Assembly (NCBI GenBank): GCA_963765765.1 | Contig: CAVXYC010000020.1 | Coordinates: 1 to 64,000, forward strand | Source of the DNA: an uncultured Chloroflexia bacterium | GTDB taxonomy: Bacteria > Chloroflexota > UBA6077 > JACCZL01 | Length of the DNA: 64,000 nucleotides | Direction of reading: 5' to 3' | Shown here: piece by piece, positions 50,835-61,300 of the stretch | How positions within the stretch are numbered: the first letter of the stretch is position 1 | Layout of the letters: every line of letters begins with the position of its first letter | Program-made: the position numbers and the translations under genes | The notes under the pieces: model-generated | The model's input: only the letters and a program-made list of their open reading frames with translations | Databases searched by the model: none | What the model was told of the DNA's origin: nothing

Positions 50835-52371
50835 ATGACTACGTACGCCGGCGGGCCTCGATTAGAGCGCACCATCCTGCAAGCACTTACGGGCAAGCGG
50901 GTCGACGTGACGCGCGCCTCGCGCGACCGCATGGAGACATCGGGCGGATGGCGCTGGGGGCAACCCGAGGACTACGACCCGGAATTCGTACTGGATCCGA
51001 TCCAATTATGGGAGTTCCTGTCCACCACCCAGGTCACAAGCGAGCAGGAGCGACAGATCGTGGACCTCAGTCCAGGTAGCCCAACTCGTCAGGCGTTTCT
51101 CTCAGCGCTTCGCTGGGAGGTCTCCTACCGGGGCATTGCGGACGTGATGCGGCGCGGTATGTCCTACGGCCCGCTCAGCCTGACGTTGTTCTACGGTCTC
51201 TCCGGACCACCACCTCATGGATCGATGCGGCTGTTCCGCATGAACCGATTCAGCGTGACGCCGCGGCTCCCATATGGCCGGAGATGAGACTGGCGACCGC
51301 GTGGACCTTTGCTTCTTCCTCAACGGGCTGCCCCTCTTCACTGTCAAACTGGCGGACGGCTTAGAGATTGCAAATGAAGAGGCGGCGATCGACTGGTACA
51401 GAGAGATATCGCCAGGCTCGGCGAAACTCTTCGAGACAGGCCGTTGCCTGGCTCATTTCGCGGTTGATGATCAGCGAGTCTCCTACTGTGCCAATCTCGA
51501 TGAATCGGACTCGGTGTTTCATCCGTTCAACCAGGGGCTGAGTCAGCGCGCGGCCAACCGTCGGAAGCTCTTCGGTGTCCCAACAGAGTATCTCTGGCGG
51601 ACCATTCTTACTCGCCGAAGCGTGGTGGATCTCATTGAGAACTACGCTCTGATCGTGGCAACGGAGGATGCAACGACCGGCGCCGCGGGTCGAGCCGCGA
51701 TCTTCCCACGCTACCATCAGTTAGATGTTGTGCGTCGCCTTCTAGCGGACATCGACTACTACGGGGTTGGCCGCCGCTACCTGATTCAGCACTCGCAAGG
51801 AAGCGGGAAATCTCAGTCGATGATCTGGCTCATCAGTCAGATAATCGCGCTCGAGCTAGTTGATATGGCGATGTTCGGTACAGTCGTCATCGTGACAGAT
51901 CGGCCCTCATCAGATCATTGGCTTCTGGACTCGGTTCGACAATTCTCGCGAGTGAGCGCGATTGTCGACGCCAGAGAAATGAACACCGCGCACATTGAGG
52001 AGAATCTGGAAAGTCCCAACCGGATCATTCTCGTGAACGTGAAGGACTTCGCGTTTGTCCTGGACGAAATCAAGGTGCACTTTCACGGCTACGGCTACGC
52101 CATCGTCATTGATGAGACACAATCATCGACGCCCGAGAGCTCAACCTCTGATTCTGCTCACAATGATTCATCAATGGTCGCTCAGGGTCCCGACACCCTC
52201 GAAGACCAGGTCAACCGTGCCATGGCCGACCGCGACTATCTCCCGAACGCGAGCTACTTCGTCTTCAGCTCCACGCCAAACGGAAAAACGCTTGAGCTGT
52301 TCGGCAAGTCCTACAACGATCGCGGAACGATTAAATACCGGCCCTTCCACCAGTTCGGCCTCTCCGAGTAG
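50835..52371 (+). CDS. hsdR: Truncated, degenerate type I restriction subunit R homolog, copy 2 (one frameshift near 51280)
   Basis: GQPEDYD, NRFSVT, DLCFFLNGLPLFTVKLA, FPRYHQLDVVRRLL, HSQGSGKS, VTDR, VIDETQSS, FSSTP; ends PFHQFGLSE. Confidence 0.8.
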
Positions 52372-52460
52372 CGGAACCGAGCCTTGAAGCTCCGAATTGA
52401 TTCCGCCTAGCCACCCGATGGCTAACAGCCCCGGAATGCGTTCGTGCTTCAACCCCCTCG

Positions 52461-52547
52461 TTGTCATCCTGAAGCGCAACGAGGATCACCCCCGCCGGAT
52501 TCCAGGACCCCGCGGAATAGATCCTTCGCTGCGCTTCAGGATGACAA
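52461..52547. repeat. REP doublet of the GTCATCCTGA family
   Basis: ttgtcatcctgaagcgcaacgaggatc ... gatccttcgctgcgcttcaggatgacaa. Confidence 0.8.
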
Positions 52548-52692
52548 GATTCCGGATTCGTTCTTGCCATCACAATCATTGACACTACTAAGGGATGAGC
52601 GCCTCGGTCGATTCTTCTGACCTCCAAGCGCCGCCCGCAAAGGCGTTAAGTCAGGTCATTTGCCAGGCGTGATCCCGCGATAAGGTGAAGCC

Positions 52693-53298
52693 GTGAAAAC
52701 GGTACTCGGTGTTGCTCTTGGGGTCGGATTCGGCGTCATCGGTCTCGGGCTGCTGGCATGGTTCGTCCTGCGGGACCCCATCGCGTCAATATTCGGGCCT
52801 CCGAAGACCACGACCTCCGTGAACCTCAACCAGACACAACTCGTCAAGAAATACATCTACGCCGAGAAGGACATTACGGTTCGCGTACCGGGTAAGGAGC
52901 CACGGTTGTTCGGCCTGCTCGAGGCAGAGCGGCTCTACCTGAACACTGGACGCTGCAGCGCCGGCATCGATTACAGCCATCAGAATTTTGAAGTGGTAGA
53001 GCGTCAGGAACGGTCGATCTTCATCCGCATTCCGCCGCCAGAGCTCTTTCTCTGCGCATTTATCGAGGCTGGCCAGCTATGGGACGGCAGCGGACTTGTC
53101 GTCGCCTCAACCGACCTATCAAACCGCCTGGCGTCGGTCGCCTTCGACGAGCTGCAAGCGCAAGCGCCCAAAACCGACCTCCTGGACAAAGCCCGAATCG
53201 AAGCGTTGGATCAAGCCGAGCTCGACATGTATCGACTCGGGTTTGAAAAAGTTCGAGTTGAGTTTCAACAGACCCGCGATGATGCCGTACCGCGCTGA
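52693..53298 (+). CDS. DUF4230-like membrane-anchored protein
   Basis: N-terminal TM; GRCSAGIDYS, IRIPPPEL, LLDKAR, LGFEKVRVEF. Confidence 0.72.
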   Translation: MKTVLGVALGVGFGVIGLGLLAWFVLRDPIASIFGPPKTTTSVNLNQTQLVKKYIYAEKDITVRVPGKEPRLFGLLEAERLYLNTGRCSAGIDYSHQNFEVVERQERSIFIRIPPPELFLCAFIEAGQLWDGSGLVVASTDLSNRLASVAFDELQAQAPKTDLLDKARIEALDQAELDMYRLGFEKVRVEFQQTRDDAVPR

Positions 53299-53523
53299 AC
53301 GGTGCTGGTCAAGGTCCGCTGGAGCTCTCATGCTCACAAATCGCGTGAATCTGGTCTGAACGGCTCGACGTCTAGATGCACGTCAACAGGGTTCGGGCGC
53401 ACCACACCTGCTCGTCTAAAGCCCTGCAAGGGCGAGTCTTCGGATAGTGGCGCTCAAAGCCGATGGTAGTTGCTGACAACCAAGTCTTTGAATCTCAGGT
53501 GTCAGCAACCACCACGTGATCGG

Positions 53524-54372
53524 CTATGCCGCACCCATCCTCAGTCCCTCAATAGTGTGGGCCTGGACGATTGGCTCGAGCTGGTCGACGATCCGTCCGG
53601 CGAGGTGCCGGCGTCCCTCCTCGGGCACCGTTTCAGCAAAGTCCCGAGTCAGCTGCAGATCATGTCGTTCGGCATTGCGAGCATCCGGTGCGTCCACACC
53701 GAGCACCAGCACTGGGCGCGATTGGTCGGAGCGGTTCGGCGTGCCCCGATGGATGGTAAGTGCTGATCGTGCCGAAATATCCCCCATCTGAGGCATCTTC
53801 CGCTGGACTCGCTCCTCATAGCGACCGAACAGTGACTCGGGCGGGAACATGCCGTCCGCGAATTCGGAGGGGTCGTCCCACTGCGTCCCGGGCGCAATTT
53901 CCAGCGGACCCATCGCCTCCGTCACGTCGACGGCGGTGATATTGAAGGCCAATGAGTTCAACCGGCGACCGACAAGTGTCGCCTCGGGAGCGGGAAAGTC
54001 GCGGTGCCACGGCTGGAAGGCGGCACCCGGCAAGGGCACGTCATAACCAATCTCAACGATTCGATAGTCAGGCCCCAGGATCGCCTCGCAAACGGTAGTG
54101 ACCCACGGATGGGTAACGAGGTCTACAAAGCCGCGGATGTCCTCCGGGTGGATCTCTGAGTAGTAGCGTTGCGGACCCCGGCCGACTGTGCCGCCAGGGC
54201 GCTGCACGGCCTGTGCAAAATGGCGCTCAATGTCCTCGCGAAGCGCGTGAACCCACTCCCGTCTAAAAGCGCCCGTGCAGCTAATGATGCCGTCCCCGTA
54301 AAGGCCGCTCATCACACGGGCGATGTCAAATTGCGCTGCCTGCTGCCGCTGCGGCGAAGCGACCGTGCGCAT
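53524..54372 (-). CDS. Phytanoyl-CoA dioxygenase (PhyH) family protein
   Basis: QPWHRDF, MGPLEIAPGT, TIHRGTPNRS..RP; AGGAG RBS before MRTVAS. Confidence 0.88.
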   Translation of the reverse strand: MRTVASPQRQQAAQFDIARVMSGLYGDGIISCTGAFRREWVHALREDIERHFAQAVQRPGGTVGRGPQRYYSEIHPEDIRGFVDLVTHPWVTTVCEAILGPDYRIVEIGYDVPLPGAAFQPWHRDFPAPEATLVGRRLNSLAFNITAVDVTEAMGPLEIAPGTQWDDPSEFADGMFPPESLFGRYEERVQRKMPQMGDISARSALTIHRGTPNRSDQSRPVLVLGVDAPDARNAERHDLQLTRDFAETVPEEGRRHLAGRIVDQLEPIVQAHTIEGLRMGAA

Positions 54373-54841
54373 GGTATGTCTCCTGGTGTCTCGTTGTCCG
54401 CTGTACACGATCGGGAGACCATCGACGGGGCACACCGACTCCCGTTTAGGGAGCGCCACCGAACATTGATCGCTCCCGGCCGCACATCGTGGAGAGTACA
54501 CGTGCCCTGGCATCACGGACAAGAGTGCGTTGGCCCTAGCTGGTGGCCGCCAGACATGGATCCAACTGTGTTGGATCGACGGCATGTGATCGAACCGAAA
54601 ATAACCAACGTGAATCACGAAAGCTTGAAGCCATGGTAGCGACGACTAATTCTGCGCCCTGAAAATGCCAGAAGCGCCCGAATGGTGACCCCGATGCCTG
54701 TATGGCGCTGGGTTACGCGGTAGCGAGCGCGGCAAGGCAATGCCGATGTGACCGGGATGTCAATGCGCCACAGACATTCGCAGCCACTTCTCCACCGCGC
54801 TCAAACATGTTACCGTGCGCCTGGCGGGAGGACCATCCAGC

Positions 54842-55765
54842 ATGCGTGTGGCCGTTCCAGATTTGATCTCGAATTCTTACTTTCCCGCGGTGGCGGCGGT
54901 TGAGCTGGGATTCTTCCGGGATGAGGGCCTGGACGCGGGGCTCGAGCTGCTGTTCCCGGTCACCAGTACCATGCAGGCACTGCGGAATGGCGAGCTTGCA
55001 TTCGTTGCCGGTGCCGCGCACGCCACGTTGGCGGCCTTTCCCGAATGGCAGGGGGCAAAGCTTCTGGTGGCTCTGGCGCAGAACATGTACTGGATGCTGG
55101 TCCTCCGATCTGACCTGCAGGCATCTCGGGGCGACATCAACGCGGTGAAGGGACTGCGAATCGGCGCCGCGCCCGGGCCCGACGCCGGCTTGCGCCGGAT
55201 GCTAATCGAGGCGGGTATCGATTCCGAGCGTGACCAGGTGGAGGTCGGCCCGATCCCTGGAACCAGCGAGCCGGGCGTGTCGTTTGGGGTGACAGCTGCC
55301 AGGGCGCTCGAAGAAGGACGGCTGGACGGCTTCTGGGCCAACGCCATGGGTGCTGAAGTGGCGGTCCGCCGCGGAATCGGGACGATCGTGCTGGACGTTC
55401 GACGCGGCGATGGCCCTCCGGCCGCTCAGCGATACACCTTCCCGGCGCTGGTCACCACGGACGAGCGGATTCAGAAAGAGCCAGAGAGCGTGGCCGCGGC
55501 GATTCGAGCGATCCGTCGGGCTCAGAAGGTCCTGCGCGAGGATCCCTCACGGGCCACCGCGGTTGGTGAGCGGCTATTTCCCGCCACCGAGGCGAGACTC
55601 ATCGCTCAGCTCATCGAACGAGATCTGCCGTACTACGAGCCAGAGATCTCGGAAGACACGGTGACGAGCTTGAACCAATTTGCTCAGGACGCCGGTTTCC
55701 TCAGGGCACCTGTGCCCTACGATCGGGTGGTCGCCACTCAATTTAGCCACTTATGGAGAGAGTAG
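54842..55765 (+). CDS. NitT/TauT (NMT1/THI5-like) SBP-fold protein without a signal peptide
   Basis: PDLISNSYFPAVAAVELGFFRDEGLD, KGLRIGAAPGP; GGAGG RBS. Confidence 0.82.
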   Translation: MRVAVPDLISNSYFPAVAAVELGFFRDEGLDAGLELLFPVTSTMQALRNGELAFVAGAAHATLAAFPEWQGAKLLVALAQNMYWMLVLRSDLQASRGDINAVKGLRIGAAPGPDAGLRRMLIEAGIDSERDQVEVGPIPGTSEPGVSFGVTAARALEEGRLDGFWANAMGAEVAVRRGIGTIVLDVRRGDGPPAAQRYTFPALVTTDERIQKEPESVAAAIRAIRRAQKVLREDPSRATAVGERLFPATEARLIAQLIERDLPYYEPEISEDTVTSLNQFAQDAGFLRAPVPYDRVVATQFSHLWRE

Positions 55766-55797
55766 CCTGCTCCCTCAAGCGAAACGGAGTAAATCGC

Positions 55798-56163
55798 ATG
55801 CCCAAGCCTGAACGGGAGTTCTTCCCGGTGACTGATGTTGAGTGGACCCCGGCGCTGGGCGGCGTCGTACCCGGGCTGTACGAGCGAATCCTTGCGGCAG
55901 ACTCAAGCACGGGTGTTGCGACTCGGATCCTGCGCTTCGATCCAGGCACCGATACAAGTGCTGCCGGCGTTCAGATCCACACCTTCTGGGAAGAGGTCTA
56001 CGTGCTCGAAGGCTCGCTCCACGATCTGACCCTGAAGGAGACATTTCCGAAAGGCACCTACGCCTGCCGACCACCGGGTATGCCGCACGGTCCGTGGGTG
56101 GCGCCTGAAGGATGCTTCACGTTCGAGGTCCGCTATGTGACGTATGGTTCGGATCGACCTTGA
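55798..56163 (+). CDS. Cupin (ChrR-like) protein
   Basis: MPKPEREF, HTFWEEVYVLEG, YACRPPGMPHGPW; GGAG RBS. Confidence 0.85.
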   Translation: MPKPEREFFPVTDVEWTPALGGVVPGLYERILAADSSTGVATRILRFDPGTDTSAAGVQIHTFWEEVYVLEGSLHDLTLKETFPKGTYACRPPGMPHGPWVAPEGCFTFEVRYVTYGSDRP

Positions 56164-56581
56164 AGATCACCTCGCCGAAAATGTGGTGGCCGCGGTAGGG
56201 GCAGCCGGGGGCGGTAGCATGCGGTCGTCGGATACCGGTCGGGCCGCCCTGGTCGTCGGTGGCACACTGCCCACCCAGGCGGCATGAACTACGCGCGGCG
56301 ATTCGAGGCTGAACTGCGCGATCCTGTGCTGGGCCGCGTTATCACACATCGCCTACAAGATCGCGATGCCGTCGACCCCAGCCAACCCTCGTCCGGAGAT
56401 TTAGACGCTGCTGCCCCTCACGATCGGCATCGTTGTCATCTGAATGCAGTGAAGGATTTTTCGAGCAGTCTCTCCGTCCGAGGCCGGGGATCCGCTGGGC
56501 AAGAACCCTCATTGTGTTCGAGATGACACGGAGACGGGGTCGTTCAACTGGCCGGTAGCACAACGCCTGACAGCTGCCTTA

Positions 56582-57784
56582 CTAGCGAGCCTCGTGGTGA
56601 GCCAACGCCGCTGGATCCTGCCCCCAGCCCGCGCCGCCCGCGCCCCAGCCCGAGGTCGGATCGATCGCTTGCGCATACGCGTCGGGGTCGCGGAAGAGGT
56701 CGCTCTGCCAGATGCGCATGGCCTGCGCGTGATTCGAGGCGACGGCAGTGACCGCCGCGGGTCGTCGCTCGGCATCATACGCTTCGAGGGCCGCATCGAT
56801 GTCTTCGTCCGAGCCATCATTGAGCAGCACCGGGGCGATCTGCTCCGTCAGTCTTGCCGCGGCGGTAATGGCCAGGCTCATGCCGGTGGCACCGGCCGGG
56901 TGTGTGGCGTGAGCGGCGTCGCCGACGATCGCCGCGCCGGGGGCCCAGAACCGATCGGCAACGTGACGCGATAGGCGGTACATGTGCGCGTCAGCCTTGG
57001 AGAACTGAAGTGCTTCTAGCATTGGAAACCGACGCATCACATGGTCGCGCAATGCTGGGTCCGGTTGCCTGAGCAAATCTCCGCGCTGGCCGAGTCGGAA
57101 CACTAAGAGAATTCGGAACGCCTGCCGTGGCCGTGAGGTGACGGCGAGTGCGCCGAAATCGTCCAGGTACCAGTGCAGCGCGGCCGGCAGCTCAGTGGGC
57201 CCGTGGCCGCCGATGATCACCTGCTCGTGATCGTACGGCTCCGGATCCACCACAATGCCGGCCTGTCGCCGGACGAGTGACTGCGAACCGTCACAGCCAA
57301 CCACGACCCGAGACGTCAGCACGATCTCGTCGCGAGTGTCTTGTGGTCGGAATCGAACTCCGACGATGCGGCCATCCTCGCACCGCTCCAGGCCAGTCAC
57401 GGTCCCCGGCTCGGCACGCACACTCGGCCAACGCGATGCGCACTCGTGCAGAATCGCCTCGATCCTATCGTGCGGTACGGAGATCGTTCTGCCGGCCGGG
57501 CCTTCGCCGGCGGCCGTGAGCGGAAAGCGCGCGATCAATCCGCGTGCGGCATGACTGACACCTAGCTCAGTGATCGGCAGCGCCCCGTCGGCGTGAAGGG
57601 CTGCCAGCACGCCCCATTGGTCCAGCATGCGAAGCGTGGGTGGGTGAAGATTGTCGCCGCGAGTGCTGTTGACCTCGCGGGTGACTTTTTCCAGCAAAAG
57701 CGTGGGTACGCCGGCGCTGCCCAGTGCATTCGCCAGCGCCCCGCCGGCAACGGCTCCTCCGACGACGATGACGTCAGCGTCCAT
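56582..57784 (-). CDS. FAD-dependent monooxygenase (FAD_binding_3)
   Basis: VIVVGGAVAG, VGCDGSQSLVR, VGDAAHATHPAGATGM, YDAERR; GGAGG RBS. Confidence 0.9.
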   Translation of the reverse strand: MDADVIVVGGAVAGGALANALGSAGVPTLLLEKVTREVNSTRGDNLHPPTLRMLDQWGVLAALHADGALPITELGVSHAARGLIARFPLTAAGEGPAGRTISVPHDRIEAILHECASRWPSVRAEPGTVTGLERCEDGRIVGVRFRPQDTRDEIVLTSRVVVGCDGSQSLVRRQAGIVVDPEPYDHEQVIIGGHGPTELPAALHWYLDDFGALAVTSRPRQAFRILLVFRLGQRGDLLRQPDPALRDHVMRRFPMLEALQFSKADAHMYRLSRHVADRFWAPGAAIVGDAAHATHPAGATGMSLAITAAARLTEQIAPVLLNDGSDEDIDAALEAYDAERRPAAVTAVASNHAQAMRIWQSDLFRDPDAYAQAIDPTSGWGAGGAGWGQDPAALAHHEAR

Positions 57785-57898
57785 GGGCTCCTCCGTTGCG
57801 TGCTCAGCTTAAAATGGGAATCACTATGTCAGGCGGCATGGTATCGCAATTATGGCTACGCAGTGTTGGTGCCGATAAAGCCACCATGAGCGGCGATG

Positions 57899-58429
57899 CT
57901 AGCGCGGCTCGGTGTCTCTGTCCAGTGTGTTGACAAGCACGTGGTAGGAGACAGTGTCCCAGGCATTGTGAATGCCGATAAAGAGCAACAGTAGCGTCGC
58001 GGTTGCAACGCCAAACAGGGCCTCGAGCGTACGGAATAGAGCCGCGAGTGCCGACACCGCGAGGATTGCGCAGCCGCCAGAGGCAGCAGAACATGACACG
58101 ACCAGTCCTCGAAATCGGGCTGATATATTGTTTGGCGTCGCATGCGGCGTGCAGCGAGCCCGGCGTACACCCCTCCACTGATGCCGATAAAGCCCCAGAG
58201 CATAGCAATGGGAATAATTGTTGGCCAGGGAGCGCGAAGAATCGCTGACAGCAGCAAGGCCGCGGCGAATGGACAATCGTCGGCGATAAAGGCGGCGCCG
58301 GCGGGCCACCGCGCGTAGGAGCGGCCTCTCAGCGATGAGCGTCGTCACGGCGAACTGCAGGCCGATCAGGGTGCCCGCGGTCGATCCGACGATGACGTAG
58401 AAGCTCTCCCATTCGGCAAACTCTGCCAT
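57899..58429 (-). CDS. Membrane protein (frameshifted)
   Basis: WESFYVIVGSTAGTLIGLQF..PDFEDW..LLFIGIHNAWD. Confidence 0.7.
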   Translation of the reverse strand: MAEFAEWESFYVIVGSTAGTLIGLQFAVTTLIAERPLLRAVARRRRLYRRRLSIRRGLAAVSDSSRSLANNYSHCYALGLYRHQWRGVRRARCTPHATPNNISARFRGLVVSCSAASGGCAILAVSALAALFRTLEALFGVATATLLLLFIGIHNAWDTVSYHVLVNTLDRDTEPR

Positions 58430-58657
58430 GCGATCACCTGCGTCACCTCTGAGCCTCGCGAACCCCCTGAGTCTGAGCCATGCCTCAGATGCAAGCGGCA
58501 TTTGGGAACCAGCGTACTATTTCCTATGGCATGAGAACGGGCACAGGAGCTGCCGGATGTCGCTACGAATTACAACCGGGCGTTCCAGATTATGTCGATG
58601 CGGTCGACGGCCGCTAGCTTCGCTTGACTGGCACTTGTACACTGCAAAATAGGTCAT

Positions 58658-58927
58658 TTGGCCGATGTGCGGATTGGCCTGCACTTCTATCATGCCCGCA
58701 TGACGGTCGATGAGGAGCGTAGCCAACTGTCTTGCCGCGAGCACGACGTCGCGGCGCTCGTCGCCCGCGGCCTCACCAACGCGGAGATAGGTGAATGGCT
58801 TGCGGTGGACCGAGAAATCGTTGCGAACGATGTCGAGCGAATCCTGACAACGCGGGGCTTCAATCGCCGAACGCAGATCGCCGTCTGGGTCCTGGAGAAT
58901 GGTCTTCTGCCCCCCGAGCCCGCCTAG
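58658..58927 (+). CDS. Stand-alone LuxR-type HTH protein
   Basis: LSCREHDVAALVARGLTNAEIG..ILTTRGFNRRTQIAVW. Confidence 0.72.
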   Translation: MADVRIGLHFYHARMTVDEERSQLSCREHDVAALVARGLTNAEIGEWLAVDREIVANDVERILTTRGFNRRTQIAVWVLENGLLPPEPA

Positions 58928-59419
58928 GCAGCACCGTTGTGCACCGTACGGTGACGCTCGAACAGCCGATCCTGCCCTTCAGGCCTCGTCGGCGGAGTAC
59001 GCGCTCGGGTCCAGCAACCGCTTGATGTCGAGTGTGATCGCGTGCCGGCGCTTGGCACGCACCGCGTCGTCCAACGAATCCCACGCCGACCACACAGATC
59101 ATCGAGGTCCGCGCGGGTTAGGCGGGCAAACAGCGATGGTGCCAGTGGCGGCAAGCCCGGTGCCTCGAGATCATCAGAAGGCACTACTATTGAGAGCGCG
59201 GCGCTGCAGCTGGGCAAGCGCAAATGGCCTGCTCGATTGCATCCGCAACCACGATCGAAGTCGAAGATGCGCGCCCTTTGGGTGCAGTGTAAGCCAGGTG
59301 CCCGTGTGCGGAACGCATGGAGGCGCGAGCGTTCGGCCTAATTCCTCAGCTCTTACGCCGCCTCAACCTCTTCGAAACTGTCCATATAACAGCATCTGGA
59401 TTGCGGGCACCTTGACTCG

Positions 59420-60256
59420 TTAGCGGTGCTCCTTATCGGCTCCGCTCGCTTCGATATGGTAAGCCAAGCGCGCTTCTCTGCTTACCCGGCGCAACGTCAT
59501 CGAATGGCGGAAACGGTTCGCCGGGTGTGTGTTCAAAGCCACCAAAGCAGTCTTGCCGGAGCCCAACTGATAGGTGCGCTGCACCTCCACCGCGACTGAG
59601 CCAGCCAGAATCTCCAGCTTCGCCGCGATCGCACTTGCAACGGTGCATGCTGTGATCTCCTGGTGTACCTCGCTGACCCGCTCACCGAAGAGGTCCTCGA
59701 TCAACTGGAATATAGGGCCACGATTCCCTCGCAGCAATCGACCAACCGCTGCGAATTCGGCATTGATGAAGATCTCTGTCCAGCAATACGGCGACTCACT
59801 CTGGCGGACGGTACGCCGACCGCATACCTTGAGCCAGCGATCGCCCACGGCGCCCCCGATACGCTCCACAAGCAGAGCATCCGCCGTAACGGTAGCCGTC
59901 GTCTCGATATCGAACCGCATGTCTTTCACGAAGGTGCTTAAATCAGTGATGGACGTGACTTCGTGGACATACGAGTGGGATGTGCTGTCCGGGATAACCG
60001 TCGTCCCGGAGCCCTGGCGTGACACCACCAGGCCGCTCTGCCGCAGCTGGCGCAGAGCTTCTCGCACGGTGTAGCGACTCACAGAGAACCGCTGGCACAG
60101 CTCCCCCTCAGTGGGCAGGGTCGATCCGATGGCGTAGGTCCCGCTGACGATCTCGTCTTTCAGGACATTAGCCACCTGCAGGTAGAGCGCCTCGCCCGGT
60201 GCGCTCTCGAAGCGGTCGGGCGAAGTCACCGTTCTCTTCCTCTTAATCAAAATCAT
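59420..60256 (-). CDS. GntR/HutC (UTRA) transcriptional regulator
   Basis: LYLQVANVL..LPTEGELCQRFSVSRYTVREAL..RQGSGT and a C-terminal UTRA-like domain; start uncertain. Confidence 0.88.
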   Translation of the reverse strand: MILIKRKRTVTSPDRFESAPGEALYLQVANVLKDEIVSGTYAIGSTLPTEGELCQRFSVSRYTVREALRQLRQSGLVVSRQGSGTTVIPDSTSHSYVHEVTSITDLSTFVKDMRFDIETTATVTADALLVERIGGAVGDRWLKVCGRRTVRQSESPYCWTEIFINAEFAAVGRLLRGNRGPIFQLIEDLFGERVSEVHQEITACTVASAIAAKLEILAGSVAVEVQRTYQLGSGKTALVALNTHPANRFRHSMTLRRVSREARLAYHIEASGADKEHR

Positions 60257-60721
60257 GATGCGGCATCCGTGGGATAGCCCCTCGAATGATCATGACTTCA
60301 CAATGGAGAAGACAAGCTTCATGCATGGATCAGCAACGGCCGATGTCCGCGCGCCACGGCAGAAGGTCGGGCGCCACCGGACGCCGCTCCTCGGCGCACT
60401 TGGGCTCGTAAAAGGCAAAGACCGTCCGGTCATCGTTCTCATAGTCCATCTGCAGGCCACCTTCTTCACGCTCTTGTCCTTATTCTCGCAGGTGTGCTGC
60501 CCGGTGCTGGAGAGATAGTAGGCGCTGTTATTGGGCTACTGAGACCAACTTTTCCGTCATATGCGTCGATCCAAGAACGTGATGGTGCGGTCAGACAGCG
60601 ATGACGGTAGCTGCGACGGCATCCTGCAACCTCGGCCCGAAGCTTTCGTTGCTCGTCGTGCGGGGCATCGGCGCAGCGTGAATGTCGTTGACGTCAGGAG
60701 GATAAATCAACTAGGCTCATG

Positions 60722-60809
60722 ATCCGGACAAGTCCGTATCCATTGACTTAGCGAATTGGATGCACGGATACCTCGTGCATAACAACTACTCCGATTTATC
60801 CGGACAAGT
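60722..60809. promoter_or_regulatory. Two copies of ATCCGGACAAGT; candidate GntR-family operators
   Basis: Exact 12-mers at 60722-60733 and 60798-60809 flanking a TTGACT hexamer, upstream of the divergent GntR gene. Confidence 0.45.
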
Positions 60810-61196
60810 TTGAGGATTCCGCTTAGTGCGCTGTACATGCGCCCACGCCCGATTGCACCCGAAGAAAGAGGCCGAGATGCTGTCGATCACCGGCATGCGG
60901 AGTTGGCGATGGATTGGCCCGAACTAGACGCGCACGGCGCGGAGTTGAATGCCAGACTGCAACGCGGCGCGTTTCACGGACTACCGCCGGTGACGCTCGA
61001 GGGCGGACATGTGATAGAAGCGGAGCTCATGGCGCGGATTGTGCTCGCCGATATCGAGCATATCCGCGAGTGGGACCATACTTATCCGATGAATCCGACC
61101 AGTGAGAGGCGGCTCCAGGCAGTTGGATCGGAAGCCCAGCGGTTACTCCGGCCAGACTCGGTCCGGCGCGACGGTGCCGCGGATCAATCTCGGTAA
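60810..61196 (+). CDS. hypothetical protein (start uncertain)
   Basis: 128 aa ORF; no recognised motif. Confidence 0.4.
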   Translation: MRIPLSALYMRPRPIAPEERGRDAVDHRHAELAMDWPELDAHGAELNARLQRGAFHGLPPVTLEGGHVIEAELMARIVLADIEHIREWDHTYPMNPTSERRLQAVGSEAQRLLRPDSVRRDGAADQSR

Positions 61197-61300
61197 ACTC
61201 TTGCAGGCATAAACCTGCCGTTTGAAATTCTCGCCCTGCTCGGAATTCTCGGCCGCTTGCCTGGTCTCTCGATTTGCTCGGTCATCCACGAGCTGCCCGA

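Noticed and set aside
49195-52371. Functional type I restriction-modification system, or one hsdR split by a frameshift
   Set aside because: Both ORFs cover the same N-terminal half rather than complementary halves, catalytic motifs are altered, and hsdM/hsdS are absent from the window.
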